From contig JAXMOL010000068.1 in NCBI GenBank assembly GCA_034669905.1, positions 1 through 39,430 on the forward strand: DNA of 39,430 bases. Direction: 5' to 3'. The position numbers were made by a program, and so were the translations under genes. A model generated the notes under the pieces. It was given only the letters and a program-made list of their open reading frames with translations, was not told where the DNA came from and made no database searches. This document shows positions 1 through 10,158 of the stretch, one piece after another. The stretch's first letter is position 1. Each line of letters starts with the position of its first letter. Origin of the DNA: Candidatus Hydrogenedentota bacterium (GTDB lineage Bacteria > Hydrogenedentota > Hydrogenedentia > Hydrogenedentales > JAEUWI01).

Positions 1-107
1 TTCGCCTTAGCCTCATGCGCGCGACCGTCGGGGCGGTCCCCCTCCGCCAACGGGCATAAAGGACAAGGAAAATTGGGAGGTGGTGGAAATGGGGGCGCAC
101 GTCTGAG

Positions 108-315
108 GGGGACAGCCCCGACTAGCGCGATTTTTTGGCTACGGTAAAGACACAAGCTGGCCGCGAGGTATTTGCGTGTAACGTTGCGTGGGTGACGTCG
201 GTGCAGTCCCCGGGGACGGCACCGACTATCGCGATTTCCTGGCTGCCGCAATAACACCGGCTGGCCACGCGGTATTGGTGTGTGACGCTGGGATGATGAC
301 GTCGGTGCAGTCCCC
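108..315. repeat. Two head-to-tail diverged copies of a 104-bp unit with terminal inverted repeats (REPIN/MITE-like)
   Basis: 108-211 and 212-315 align without gaps (~80% by eye). Each begins GGGGAC(A/G)GC(C/A)CCGAC and ends GTCGGTGCAGTCCCC; GCTGTCCCC follows at 316-324. Confidence 0.8.
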
Positions 316-330
316 GCTGTCCCCAACGCA

Positions 331-358
331 AAGGCCCCCGGCGTGTGCCGGGGGCCTT
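331..358 (-). terminator. Probable terminator hairpin of clpB
   Basis: Perfect 12-bp stem AAGGCCCCCGGC/GCCGGGGGCCTT with 4-nt loop, 27 nt after the clpB stop; U-tract is short. Confidence 0.7.
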
Positions 359-385
359 CTCTCCATCTATGGTAACCGTCGCCGC

Positions 386-2983
386 TTATGCCGCTTCGGA
401 GTGTTGTTTCCGGAAGGCGAGTCCATCGCCTTCCACATCTATCGTGACAAGCTCACCATCGTGAATTGTGCCCTCGATGAGCTTGATGGCCAGGGGATCG
501 AGAATCATCCGCTGGATGGCCCGTTTCAGCGGCCGCGCACCGTAGACCGGGTCGTAGCCCTGCGCGGCGAGGAGGCCCAACGCCGCCGGGGTCAGGTCCA
601 GCTTCAGCTGGCGTTCCGAGAGCCGTTTCGTAAGACGGCCCAACTGCACTTCTACAATCTGGCGAATCTCTTTCTTCGTCAGCGGGTGGAAGACCACGAT
701 GTCGTCTACCCGGTTCAGGAACTCGGGGCGGAAGTGACCGCGCAGGGCCGCCAGTACCGCTTCTTCTTTGCCTTTCTCGTCGTCTTCGACGGCGTTAAAC
801 ACCTGGCTGCCAATGTTGGAGGTCATGATGACCACCGTATTCCGGAAGTCGACCGTGCGCCCCTGGCTATCGGTCAGCCGTCCGTCATCCAACAACTGCA
901 GCAGGATATTGAAGACCTCGGGGTGGGCCTTCTCCACTTCGTCGAGCAGAATCACACTGTAAGGCCGACGGCGTACCGCTTCGGTCAACTGGCCCCCTTC
1001 TTCGTAGCCCACATATCCGGGAGGCGCACCAATCAGCCGGGCCACCGCGTGTTTCTCCATGTACTCGGACATGTCAATGCGGACCATGGCCTCTTCGCTG
1101 TCGAAGAGACAGTCGGCCAGGGTTTTCGCCAACTCGGTCTTACCCACACCTGTGGGCCCGAGGAAGATGAAGGAGCCAATGGGCCGTTCCGGTTCTTTCA
1201 ATCCGGCACGGGCGCGGCGCACGGCATCGGCCACAGCGCGGACGCCTTCTTCCTGACCAATGACCCGTTTGCCGAGGTGGTCTTCCAGCTTCAACAGCCG
1301 GCCCATCTCGGTCTCCAGCAATTTGTCCACGGGGATACCCGTCCAGTTGGAGACAATCTTTGAAATGTGCTCGTCGGTGACATCTTCACTGAGGAAGCTG
1401 CCCTCGGCCTGCACTTCTGCCAGGCGGGCATTTTCCTGTTCCAGTTTCTGCTGGAGTTCACTCAGGGTGCCGTAGCGAATCTTGGCTACCTTCTCGAGGT
1501 CGCCCACGCGCTCTGCGGCGGCTTCTTCGGCCTTGGCGGATTCGATGGCTTCGTTGGCCACGCGGATGGCGTTGATAACTTCCTTCTCCGCCTGCCACTG
1601 GGCCTTCTTGCTGCTCATGGCTTCTTTCAGTTCGGCGATTTCGCGGCCGATGTCATCGCGGCGGGCACGGCTCACCCCATCCTTTTCCTTTTTCAGCGCG
1701 AGATGTTCTACCTCCAGCTTGCGGATGTTCCGGTCCAGCACGTCAATCTCGTAGGGCATGCTGTCGATTTCGATACGCAGCCGCGATGCCGCCTCGTCCA
1801 TCAGGTCGATGGCCTTGTCCGGCAGGAATCGGTCGGCGATATAGCGGTCGCTCAAGGTTGCGGCGGCCACCAGGGCGCTGTCCTGAATACGCACCCCATG
1901 GTGCACTTCGTAGCGTTCTTTCAGTCCGCGCAATATGGCGACCGTGTCTTCCACATTGGGCTCGCCCACATAGACGGGCTGGAAACGCCGTTCGAGGGCC
2001 GGGTCTTTTTCCACGTGCTTCTTGAATTCATCCAGCGTGGTGGCACCAATGCAGTGGAGCTCACCCCGGGCCAGGGCCGGCTTCAGCATGTTGGACGCGT
2101 CCATGGCACCGTCGGTCTTTCCGGCACCTACCAGCGTGTGCATCTCGTCGATGAAGAGGATGATGTCCCCTTCGGCTTCCTGCACCGCCGCCAACACCGC
2201 CTTGAGGCGCTCTTCGAATTCACCGCGAAACTTGGCACCGGCCAACAAGGACGCGATATCCAGCGTGGCCACCCGCTTGCGCTTGAGGCCTTCGGGCACG
2301 TCGCCCGCCACAATACGCTGGGCCAGTCCCTCGGCGATGGCGGTCTTACCCACACCGGGCTCACCGATAAGCACGGGGTTGTTTTTCGTACGGCGTGACA
2401 ACACCTGGATTACCCGGCGCACTTCGTCGTCCCGCCCGATGACCGGGTCGAGCTTACCGTCCCGCGCAAGCTGCGTCAGGTCACGGCTGTATTTCTGCAG
2501 GGCGTCGTAGGTGGCTTCGGCGTTGGGATCGGTCACCCGCTGGCTGCCCCGGATATCCTGGAGGGCCTGCATAACCGCATCGGCCGTCACGCCCAATCCC
2601 GTAAGGAACTGGGAGGCCGTATCGCCCTTCTGCTCAATGATGCCCAGCAGGATGTGCTCCGTGCTGAGGTATTCGTCTTTCAGTTTACGGGCCGCCTTCC
2701 AACCCGATTCCAGGGCGGCTTCGGCGGCGCTACTCAGGCGCGGCTGCACGGAGCCCGTGGTCACGGTGGGGAGTTGGGCGAGGGCGCGGCCTAACTGTTG
2801 GCCGAGCTGACCGGCATTCACGCCGATACGTTGCAGGATGGCCGGTACCGCGCCCTGCTCCTGGGACAAGAGGGTCCGCAGCAGGTGCAGGGGGGTTACT
2901 TCGGTATTTTCCGAACTCGTCGCCAGGTCCACGGCTTCCGCCAGGGCTTCCTGGGATTTAATGGTCAGTTTATCGAATCGCAT
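386..2983 (-). CDS. clpB: ATP-dependent chaperone ClpB
   Basis: 865 aa; Clp N-domain, two AAA+ modules ([16 protein letters not shown]), coiled-coil M domain, [30 protein letters not shown]. Confidence 0.98.
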   Translation of the reverse strand: MRFDKLTIKSQEALAEAVDLATSSENTEVTPLHLLRTLLSQEQGAVPAILQRIGVNAGQLGQQLGRALAQLPTVTTGSVQPRLSSAAEAALESGWKAARKLKDEYLSTEHILLGIIEQKGDTASQFLTGLGVTADAVMQALQDIRGSQRVTDPNAEATYDALQKYSRDLTQLARDGKLDPVIGRDDEVRRVIQVLSRRTKNNPVLIGEPGVGKTAIAEGLAQRIVAGDVPEGLKRKRVATLDIASLLAGAKFRGEFEERLKAVLAAVQEAEGDIILFIDEMHTLVGAGKTDGAMDASNMLKPALARGELHCIGATTLDEFKKHVEKDPALERRFQPVYVGEPNVEDTVAILRGLKERYEVHHGVRIQDSALVAAATLSDRYIADRFLPDKAIDLMDEAASRLRIEIDSMPYEIDVLDRNIRKLEVEHLALKKEKDGVSRARRDDIGREIAELKEAMSSKKAQWQAEKEVINAIRVANEAIESAKAEEAAAERVGDLEKVAKIRYGTLSELQQKLEQENARLAEVQAEGSFLSEDVTDEHISKIVSNWTGIPVDKLLETEMGRLLKLEDHLGKRVIGQEEGVRAVADAVRRARAGLKEPERPIGSFIFLGPTGVGKTELAKTLADCLFDSEEAMVRIDMSEYMEKHAVARLIGAPPGYVGYEEGGQLTEAVRRRPYSVILLDEVEKAHPEVFNILLQLLDDGRLTDSQGRTVDFRNTVVIMTSNIGSQVFNAVEDDEKGKEEAVLAALRGHFRPEFLNRVDDIVVFHPLTKKEIRQIVEVQLGRLTKRLSERQLKLDLTPAALGLLAAQGYDPVYGARPLKRAIQRMILDPLAIKLIEGTIHDGELVTIDVEGDGLAFRKQHSEAA

Positions 2984-3024
2984 GGGATTTTCTCCTCGTA
3001 ATGGTTAGTTGCTGCCATAAAAAG

Positions 3025-3040
3025 AGAAAGAAGCGTGCCA
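3025..3040 (-). promoter_or_regulatory. Candidate sigma-54 (-24/-12) promoter of clpB
   Basis: Minus strand TGGCACG-CTTC-TTTCT versus consensus TGGCACG-N4-TTGCW; one mismatch at the -12 G; about 40 nt upstream of the ATG. Confidence 0.45.
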
Positions 3041-3169
3041 AGGTAGGGTTTGTTGGAAACAAAGGACTTAGGGACTTTGGTGGACATGGACTGTTGCGTT
3101 TTGAAACGGTGGCGTTTCGGAATGGAGCGGTGAGATGGGTGGTGCCAACGCCTTGAGGCCGACTCTTCA

Positions 3170-3202
3170 TGGGACGGGTGGGACCGCTGGGACCTGTGGG
3201 AC
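3170..3202 (+). repeat. 9-bp-period (TGGGACnnn)x4 repeat, copy 1
   Basis: TGGGACGGG TGGGACCGC TGGGACCTG TGGGAC; 31/33 identical to 7458-7490. Confidence 0.85.
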
Positions 3203-3430
3203 GAATTGCCTGCGGGCGCGTAGCCGATACGGGTGGCGTTCAGGGGTCCCCCGGTCTCTAGAGCCCACTTCGGGTGCCACCCTGACTCATCGCCGGTTCC
3301 CGGCGTACGCTTGTGGGTGGGGGTATTGCTACGTTCGACCCTGCATACGCAATGACAGTGGAGGTATGAAAACCCTTGCGCACACGTTCGCTTTATGATA
3401 TAAAGAACTATTTACTATCGAAGTTAAGGT

Positions 3431-4177
3431 ATGAGATTGCGGACAGTTGGAGATACTACGGTGGAAAATACAGATACAAATCCCCAAAAAGATCCGGTAC
3501 AACTATTTTACTTCCCGGAGAAGGTGCTGCTGACCATACTCGGCGTCCACGCAGTCCTCGCAGCAATTTGGCTAACCCAGAGCACCCTCCTGGCGAACAT
3601 CGCTGGGCTATTTATCTTTCTCCTTCTGCCACTTTTGTTCCTCTACATCGTGATAAGCCCCTTCTGTTTCCTGGGATACTTCTGGCGCGAGTTCATACGC
3701 GCTCCCGAATCTGACGAACGAAATCCGAACACCGGTGAAATGCGATTTCCGCTCAACATAACGTGTTGGGTGGCGGTATTGGTGTACGTCCTGTCTACAT
3801 TCCTCAGCGCATTGGGCGGGACGCCCCCTATTGTCATGAGAGTGATTGAAGGGCCAGACACCCGCTACGCACATTCCGGATTCGAGAAGCTCCTGAAACG
3901 CCCCGTCCCATCACATGTGACCCGCGTCACGTATCAAAATCGAAACAATATTCTCGATGAGCACGAGATTCTCTACTTCAACACGCCAGAGGAAGCCTTG
4001 ATTGACGAGCTCATAAGGGAATTCAAACTCGAACCCGGGAAAAATCGACAGAATTACGGTACCAACATGAAATCAGTAAACGTCGACTACTTTGAATTAT
4101 TGGGCGGCGGTAGCCATTTTTATCTTTCCTACAACCGTGACACTGGCGACGCGAAATTTGAATGGATCTCGTTCTAG
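3431..4177 (+). CDS. Hypothetical membrane protein (about 3 TM segments plus a soluble C-terminal domain)
   Basis: 248-aa ORF with hydrophobic stretches; visibly more AT-rich than the housekeeping genes; start uncertain. Confidence 0.65.
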   Translation: MRLRTVGDTTVENTDTNPQKDPVQLFYFPEKVLLTILGVHAVLAAIWLTQSTLLANIAGLFIFLLLPLLFLYIVISPFCFLGYFWREFIRAPESDERNPNTGEMRFPLNITCWVAVLVYVLSTFLSALGGTPPIVMRVIEGPDTRYAHSGFEKLLKRPVPSHVTRVTYQNRNNILDEHEILYFNTPEEALIDELIREFKLEPGKNRQNYGTNMKSVNVDYFELLGGGSHFYLSYNRDTGDAKFEWISF

Positions 4178-4470
4178 AACTGTTGTTGCCGAGCATTCGT
4201 GCGTTTCAAAATTCTACCACCCAAGTCTACCTACGGGAACATTTCCTCGGGTCCAGCTGCCCCTCCACTCTCCACGCCTCATTAGAAGGGTTTCCCAGCA
4301 ATCCTCACCCATAAGGCCGCTCGTACCTCGCGTCCGTAAAGGTGCCACTCTTTTAGTGGATTTGATGGCAAGCACGAAAAACCAAGAAAAACTAGGGCAC
4401 TTAAAACGTGCCACCTACACACCCGGACGATTCCTGGCCAAGTTTGTGGGTGATGGGACTCCGCCCAGCC

Positions 4471-4848
4471 CTACGCGTCGAGGAGCCCTACGTCGTACTG
4501 CCCGAAAGCCCCATCGTGGGTCACGAGGGTCAGTCTCTCCAATTGGGCTTGGGCAATGAGCATCCGGTCGAAGGGATCGCGGTGATGTTCTGGCAAACGT
4601 CCTGCCGCCAGGGCATGTTCGACCGTGATAGGCAACGACGTGAATCCGCTCGTGCCCAACGCCTCCTCAAGATTTTCCGGGGCGTCGAGTTTTCCCAGTG
4701 TCATCTTGATGGAGATTTCCCAGGCGCTTGCCGCACTGACGAAGACCTTCGCATCCGGGTTGGCGATGGCGGCACGCGCTTTCGCTCCCAACATCCTATC
4801 GTCGCCCAGCCACCAAAGGAGCACGTGGGTGTCGAGGAGCAGATTCAC
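4471..4848 (-). CDS. vapC: PIN-domain VapC toxin
   Basis: LLLDTHVLLWW, SAASAWEI, HRDPFDRMLIAQA, LVTHD motifs; start overlaps the antitoxin stop. Confidence 0.93.
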   Translation of the reverse strand: MNLLLDTHVLLWWLGDDRMLGAKARAAIANPDAKVFVSAASAWEISIKMTLGKLDAPENLEEALGTSGFTSLPITVEHALAAGRLPEHHRDPFDRMLIAQAQLERLTLVTHDGAFGQYDVGLLDA

Positions 4849-5084
4849 GTGGAATCCCCATGGAATGCCGCGGCGATGTCTTCCGGCAACGTATCGAAGT
4901 CATCGGCGATACGAACCTTTCCCCGCCAGCAGCCCGGTTTGCGTGCTTCCCGGGTTGCCACGTAGGGCACCAACTTCACCAGCGGGGTCCCCGCTTTGGC
5001 AATGATGATTTCTTCACCAGCGGCGGCCCGTTGGATGAGGCGGGAAAGATGGGTTTTTGCTTCGTGGATGTTCACTGATTTCAT
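4845..5084 (-). CDS. Phd/YefM-family antitoxin
   Basis: MKSVNIHEAKTHLSRLI...GEEIIIAKAGTPLVKLVP...IADDFD; ATG at 5084 with GGAG RBS; directly upstream of vapC. Confidence 0.92.
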   Translation of the reverse strand: MKSVNIHEAKTHLSRLIQRAAAGEEIIIAKAGTPLVKLVPYVATREARKPGCWRGKVRIADDFDTLPEDIAAAFHGDST

Positions 5085-5099
5085 TGGGGCATACTCCAA

Positions 5100-5140
5100 T
5101 AGACTAAACTTAGTTTAGTTTAATTTTGATGATCTGTCAA
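5100..5140 (-). promoter_or_regulatory. Sigma-70 promoter with overlapping palindromic operator of the TA operon
   Basis: TTGACA (5140-5135)-N17-TAAACT (5117-5112); inverted repeat TAGACTAAAC-TTA-GTTTAGTTTA (5100-5122) covers the -10, as expected for TA autorepression. Confidence 0.75.
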
Positions 5141-5626
5141 TTTTGGATTGTGCCATGTCACGTTGTCGTCGTAACAGGGACGGGAGGGGCCCTTCGGCAT
5201 GGGTGCTCCCTGCCGGCCCATAAACCCCAGTGGGACCCATTCTGCTGTCATCCACGCCATCCAAGAACGCAGCAATCCCGTGCCACGCGATTAGGCTACG
5301 CCTATTCGTGTGCGTGGAGCGCGGATTTGTCTGGGGTTATGTCGAGAGAGTCTCACCCGAGCGGATGTACCCCGTTCGCCACCGGCACTGTCGGACGCCC
5401 GACCTGAATCGATTTGGCTGTCTCTCCAACCTTCACGCTCCACCCGCACGAACCCGTCAGGACTCGTTGAAACTCGCCTTTTGGGGATCGCGCGGCACGA
5501 CCAGACGGTTCTCATAAGCGATTGGCGGCATTTAGATTCGATTACTCCTACAGCGGGTCCCTCCCAATCCTCGCTCCCCCCAATCTGGTATCATCCACGA
5601 AATTCTTAAACCACCAGGAGTAACCC

Positions 5627-7444
5627 ATGACCACCGCCCTTATTGCCCTGCTTTTCACCGCCCTCGGCCAGTCGACTAACCCCGCCATCCCCGATGCCTG
5701 GCAACCCCTCTTGCTGCCCGGACAGTCGGAGGTGGTTTTCACCATGTACAGCTATCCCGGTGACCTCGAAGGGCTCAAAGCGCTCGTGGAAGTCATGGAG
5801 CGCGAAGGCCTGGGCAATGGCTTTGACCCCGGTCCGGCGGCCCATGCCAACTCCGCCGAAATGCTCGCCTATCTCGGCACCTTGGGCTGGCCCCTGGTGG
5901 CGTACCCCGGTTATCCCGGCTTCCAGATTGAGGGCGGGGTGTGTTTTCTGACCGATGAAGACGAGGCGGCTATCCAGGGCTTCGAAGCAGGCGGCGCGTT
6001 TAATGCCATCCAACTCGGCGAGTGGGGATACTATTTTCACAATCTTTCCATGAACGAGGGGTATTGGCGGGCCCAGTTCGGCGATCGCTTCGATGAATTC
6101 AAACACGAGATGAAGCCCGAGGGGTTGGCCGGTTACGACGTGATGCCCAAGAGTAAACAGGAAGCCTATGGCGTGCTGCGTGACTACTTCCTCACGCGCC
6201 AGCGGGCCATGCGGGGGCGCAATCTCAGCGTCACGGGCCACTCCCACTATGAGGCCTATGCCGCCGAGTGGGGTGCCAAGCTCATCGGCCTGGAAGTGGG
6301 CGAAAACATTGCCTTTGCCCAATCCAAGTTCGCCTTCTCTCGCGGGGCATCGCGCCAGTGGGGCATTCCGTGGACCGTCCAGGTGAGTCCCTGGATGCAT
6401 GGGGCGGTCACCACGGCCGGGCCTTTGCGCATGGAAAACGGGGGCGCGCGGGGACTGGACGCGGGGCACTCCCTCAGCTTCTATACGCGCATGTGGCTCC
6501 ACGCGTGGTTTGCGGGTGCGGCTATGGTGACGCCGGAAAACAGCATTGCCATTTTCTTCGAACCCGGTGAGCCGAAGTGGCGCCTGACGTCCCACGCCGA
6601 GCGGGCGAAGGAGGTCTTCGCCTTCATGCGTAACCACGACCGGGGTGTGCCCTATACGCCCATCGCCGTGGTCCTCGACCACTATGCGGGCTATAACGGT
6701 TTTATGGCCAAGCCCTGGGGCATCCTGGAGCCCACGGCGGGGGATGTGGAGATTACCGACCTCTTTGAAGAGCAGCTCTTCCCCGGCACGGACCTCTTCC
6801 ACGCGCCGCCGGTGGAGCCGGGCAACACGGAGGCGGGTTACCTCCGCCCCACGCCCTATGGGGAAAGCTTTGATGTATTGCTGAACACGGCCCCTGCCGA
6901 GACGCTGGGAAATTATCCGGTGATACTCCTGGTGGGTGATATAGAATTTGATGGGCTCTTTGTGGCGCGCCTTTTCGACGCCCTCCGTGCGGGCAGCACG
7001 CTCCTGATCCATCCCCGTCATGTGGAAGCCCTGGGGGAAGACTTTGCACGGCTTTCGGGCACGGGAGCGGTGGAGGTGCTGGAGTTGTGGGAAAACCCAG
7101 AGACGGAACGGCCAGCTGCGATTTCCAATGAGCGCCTCACGGCACTCGTAGAAGCGCAGATGCCCATCGCCGTGGAGGGAGACCCCATCCAGTATCAAAT
7201 CAATCGGAACGCCGCAGGCTGGGTGGTGGCGTTGGTGAACAATAACGGGGTCATTAAGACGAAGGATAAGCCCGCTATCGTGGAGCCGGAAAAGGCGGCC
7301 ACGGTGCGGCTTGCGCCCCGCTTTTCTGCGGCGGAGATGCGCCGGTGGACAGCGGGCGGGTCCGCGTCATTGAAGACCGGCGACCCCGTTGTTGTGCCCG
7401 CGGGTGAAACCGTGTTTGTGGAGTTTGTGGTGGCGTCGCCATGA
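5627..7444 (+). CDS. Secreted hypothetical protein, possibly glycoside-hydrolase-like
   Basis: 605 aa, AGGAG RBS, short N-terminal signal; aromatic-rich domain with QLGEWG and GLEVGEN (possible catalytic Glu pair); family not recognised. Confidence 0.6.
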   Translation: MTTALIALLFTALGQSTNPAIPDAWQPLLLPGQSEVVFTMYSYPGDLEGLKALVEVMEREGLGNGFDPGPAAHANSAEMLAYLGTLGWPLVAYPGYPGFQIEGGVCFLTDEDEAAIQGFEAGGAFNAIQLGEWGYYFHNLSMNEGYWRAQFGDRFDEFKHEMKPEGLAGYDVMPKSKQEAYGVLRDYFLTRQRAMRGRNLSVTGHSHYEAYAAEWGAKLIGLEVGENIAFAQSKFAFSRGASRQWGIPWTVQVSPWMHGAVTTAGPLRMENGGARGLDAGHSLSFYTRMWLHAWFAGAAMVTPENSIAIFFEPGEPKWRLTSHAERAKEVFAFMRNHDRGVPYTPIAVVLDHYAGYNGFMAKPWGILEPTAGDVEITDLFEEQLFPGTDLFHAPPVEPGNTEAGYLRPTPYGESFDVLLNTAPAETLGNYPVILLVGDIEFDGLFVARLFDALRAGSTLLIHPRHVEALGEDFARLSGTGAVEVLELWENPETERPAAISNERLTALVEAQMPIAVEGDPIQYQINRNAAGWVVALVNNNGVIKTKDKPAIVEPEKAATVRLAPRFSAAEMRRWTAGGSASLKTGDPVVVPAGETVFVEFVVASP

Positions 7445-7457
7445 TACTGCGTTAACG

Positions 7458-7490
7458 TGGGACGTGTGGGACCGTTGGGACCTGTGGGAC
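7458..7490 (+). repeat. 9-bp-period (TGGGACnnn)x4 repeat, copy 2
   Basis: TGGGACGTG TGGGACCGT TGGGACCTG TGGGAC, 13 nt after the stop of 5627-7444. Confidence 0.85.
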
Positions 7491-7772
7491 AGTTGTCTCA
7501 CGAACACCTGACAGGCGGGGGTGACGGAAACATCCCGCTCGTCCGGTAGACTAAAGAAGCCCACTTCGGGGAGCATAACAGCAACACCCGTTGCCGCTAC
7601 AGCATAGACGTCAACAGGTTGGCAACACGAAAAGTTGATTGCTGGGACCCGCGAATAACCCCTCACCCACAAACTTCCCCCGCTTCGCTCCTCCGCTTGA
7701 GGGTCCACGACGCGCCGTAGGTGGGTGGCACCCCTCGTGAACGTTCGGTGAAACGGAGGCGAAAGGCCCGCC

Positions 7773-8444
7773 TCAGTCGATCACGACCACGGCATTCGCC
7801 AACTCATCCACATCGTCTTCGGCGCGGGGCAAGGGGCCTGCCAACTGTTCACCCAGAGACGCGATGGCTGCGACCATTCCCTCGGCGGGTGTGCTGCCCA
7901 GGGTTTTGGTAAGGCCTTCGCAGATTTTTGCGATTTCGCCTTCGGGTAGCACCTTCGCCACGGCGTCGTCGGCCAACACGCGGACGAGCCGCTCGTAGAC
8001 CGACACGTAAATCAACACGCCCGTGGCGCCTTCGGTGTGGTGGATGCGCTGGTCGAAGAAGGCTTCCCGGGCTCGCCGTTCCACTTCTTCTTTCATCTCG
8101 TTGCGGGAGGTTACCAGGCGGCGCAGCCAACCCACCCGGGAGGCAATCGCCGCGCCGACGACAAAACCGCCAAGTAAGGCGACGAGCCAACCGAAATAGT
8201 TGAGCGGCAAGGAAGCGCCCCAGTCGCCGACTTCTACGGGGACGACCGGCCACAGAAACCACAACACGACCATGAGAATGGCGCCGAGCCAGAGTCCGAC
8301 AATATCTTCGGCCCGGTCGTAGCGTCCCGAGGCGGTGGCCACGACGGGCACGATTTCGACGGAAGTCTTTTTTTCTGCGGCGACCACGGCGGCTTCCACG
8401 GTGGCCTGTTCTTCTTTGGTCAAAAACTCACTTGCTGTACGCAT
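7773..8444 (-). CDS. TPM-domain membrane protein (COG3762-like)
   Basis: AVVAAEKKTSVEIVPVVATASGRY, two TM helices, TEGATGVLIYVSVYERLVRVLAD, terminal DELAN; GGAGGAG RBS. Confidence 0.85.
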   Translation of the reverse strand: MRTASEFLTKEEQATVEAAVVAAEKKTSVEIVPVVATASGRYDRAEDIVGLWLGAILMVVLWFLWPVVPVEVGDWGASLPLNYFGWLVALLGGFVVGAAIASRVGWLRRLVTSRNEMKEEVERRAREAFFDQRIHHTEGATGVLIYVSVYERLVRVLADDAVAKVLPEGEIAKICEGLTKTLGSTPAEGMVAAIASLGEQLAGPLPRAEDDVDELANAVVVID

Positions 8445-8456
8445 GGATAACTCCTC

Positions 8457-9248
8457 CTACCACGAACCCGTTGCACCACCGCCGCCGCCAAAACCACCAC
8501 CGAAACTTCCACCGCTGAATCCGCCGCCACCCCCACGGCCGGAGTTGGTAGCCATCTGATACAAAATCATGCCGATGATGCCGAAGATGGCCGCCCAGAG
8601 AATCCATGCCCAGCCACTGGCACCACTGCGGGCCAGGGACACGGCCGAAAAAATCGCCAACGCAATGACCCCGATGGTCACGGGCCAGAACCAGGGGGGC
8701 TGGACCGGCTTGGGCATCTCTAAACCGCGGGACATATTATCCAGGGCCTGCACACCGGCGAGAATGCCTCCGGAAAAGTTTCCCTGCTTGAAATTGGCGA
8801 TGATCTGTCCATCCATGATTTCCCGGCAGGTGGCATCATACTCGCCCGCCCAATCGGCGCCGAGTTCGATGCGGGCCTTGCGGTCGTTTTTCGAAACCAC
8901 CAGGAGAATGCCCCGGTTCCAGGATTCGCCTTCGATGGTCTCGTGGCCAATACCCCATTGGTCAAAGAGGACCCGGGCAAAAGTTTCAATACGCCAGTTT
9001 CCACCACCATATTGGCCCATGGAATCAACGGTTACGACGATAATGGGAATCGCCAGGTCGGAAAGGAGCTGCTCGCCGATTTCCCGAATGGCCAGCACAT
9101 CATCGGACTTCACCATCTGGGCTAAGTCCTGGACGAAGGCTCCTTCCGCCGGGGGCTCAATGGCGATATCCTGCGCGGTGGCCAGCCAGGGGGCCAGGCA
9201 TAAGGCGATGGCCATCACCACCGCTCCTGAAAGTCGTTGTAATCGCAT
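8457..9248 (-). CDS. TPM-domain protein (YgcG/COG1512-like) with Gly-rich tail, paralog 3
   Basis: Signal peptide, VQDLA, IIVVTV, LFDQWGIG, GILLVVSKNDRKARIELG, two TM, GGGFGGGGGATGSW end; ATG 9248 with GGGAGG RBS. Confidence 0.88.
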   Translation of the reverse strand: MRLQRLSGAVVMAIALCLAPWLATAQDIAIEPPAEGAFVQDLAQMVKSDDVLAIREIGEQLLSDLAIPIIVVTVDSMGQYGGGNWRIETFARVLFDQWGIGHETIEGESWNRGILLVVSKNDRKARIELGADWAGEYDATCREIMDGQIIANFKQGNFSGGILAGVQALDNMSRGLEMPKPVQPPWFWPVTIGVIALAIFSAVSLARSGASGWAWILWAAIFGIIGMILYQMATNSGRGGGGGFSGGSFGGGFGGGGGATGSW

Positions 9249-9376
9249 GGGGCAAACACCCTCCCTTGTCTTGCTATGCCCCCAGTCTACCAGACGGCGG
9301 ACCCTCACCCGAATCCCGCCGAAATGCGTTGTAGGGTAGTACTACCGGCAGGGCGATTCTATTCACCTCTCGCGTT

Positions 9377-10144
9377 TCACCATGACCCCGTCGCGCCGCC
9401 CCCGCCACCGTAGTCTGAGCCGCTGCTGGAGCCGCCGCCGTAGCTGGAACTACCGTAGTCATGATCGCGCTGATAACGCCCACGCCGACCGGAAGGGAGT
9501 CTGCCCTCTATCATGTGGCAGATCAGCGCCAAAAGACCCAGGCCGCCCAACAAGGCCCCGATACCCAACACTGCCCTGATGTCCTCCGAGGACCATTTCG
9601 GCAGCTCCTTCCCCCGGCTCATGGCCCGCAGCCCGATGACCCCCTGGAGAATACCGGTGGAATAACGTTTCTCTCGAAACTCCGGGATAATGAGCTGATC
9701 CATAATACGCTGACACTGCACATTGTACCGACCCGCCCAATCAAACCCGAGTTCAATGCGGGCCTTCCGGTCGTTCTTCGATACCAGCAACAAAACACCC
9801 CGTCGCCATGAATCCCTGAGAGCGAACTGGGGATCCCGCCCCCATTGGTTGAAGAGTTTACGGCCAAAGGTTTCGATGTCATACCTGAACCGACTATGGT
9901 CGTCCATAGAATCTATCGTAATTACGACCAATGGAATGTTCTGCTCGGTGTGAAAGGCATCTGCCAGGGCATGTATTTCCCGTTCACCCTTGTCGGTTAT
10001 GAGCCGTGCGTGATCCAGTATATACACCCCCGATTCCGGCGGCTCCAGTGAGATTGGAGTGGCCCCCATTGCCAAGGCAATCGGCTCCAACAGGAGCACG
10101 AATATCACCGCCCGCCAGGAACGACTGAGAAAGCGTATCGTCAT
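9377..10144 (-). CDS. TPM-domain protein with Gly-rich tail, paralog 2
   Basis: ILDHARLI, LVVITI, GVLLLVSKNDRKARIELG, one TM, YGGGGGATGSW end; ATG 10144 with GGAGG RBS. Confidence 0.87.
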   Translation of the reverse strand: MTIRFLSRSWRAVIFVLLLEPIALAMGATPISLEPPESGVYILDHARLITDKGEREIHALADAFHTEQNIPLVVITIDSMDDHSRFRYDIETFGRKLFNQWGRDPQFALRDSWRRGVLLLVSKNDRKARIELGFDWAGRYNVQCQRIMDQLIIPEFREKRYSTGILQGVIGLRAMSRGKELPKWSSEDIRAVLGIGALLGGLGLLALICHMIEGRLPSGRRGRYQRDHDYGSSSYGGGSSSGSDYGGGGGATGSW

Positions 10145-10158
10145 ATTACCTCCAAGAG

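Noticed and set aside
1..57. Possible minus-strand gene start at the left edge
   Set aside because: Too little sequence and no well-spaced RBS.
108..315. Possible CRISPR array (also considered for the GGGAC and CACGAAT arrays)
   Set aside because: Only two units whose interiors are homologous rather than unique spacers; other arrays have periods of 7-10 bp; no cas genes.
188..2398. Long plus-strand ORFs 188-1363 and 1367-2398
   Set aside because: Antisense shadows of clpB caused by GC-rich codon bias; no recognisable motifs.
4178..4470. Small ORFs between the membrane-protein gene and vapC
   Set aside because: No recognisable family, RBS or consistent frame.
5141..5600. Degenerate REP-like palindromes or short ORFs upstream of the TA operon
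   Set aside because: Only short imperfect stems; cannot be told from chance in GC-rich DNA without a genome-wide search.
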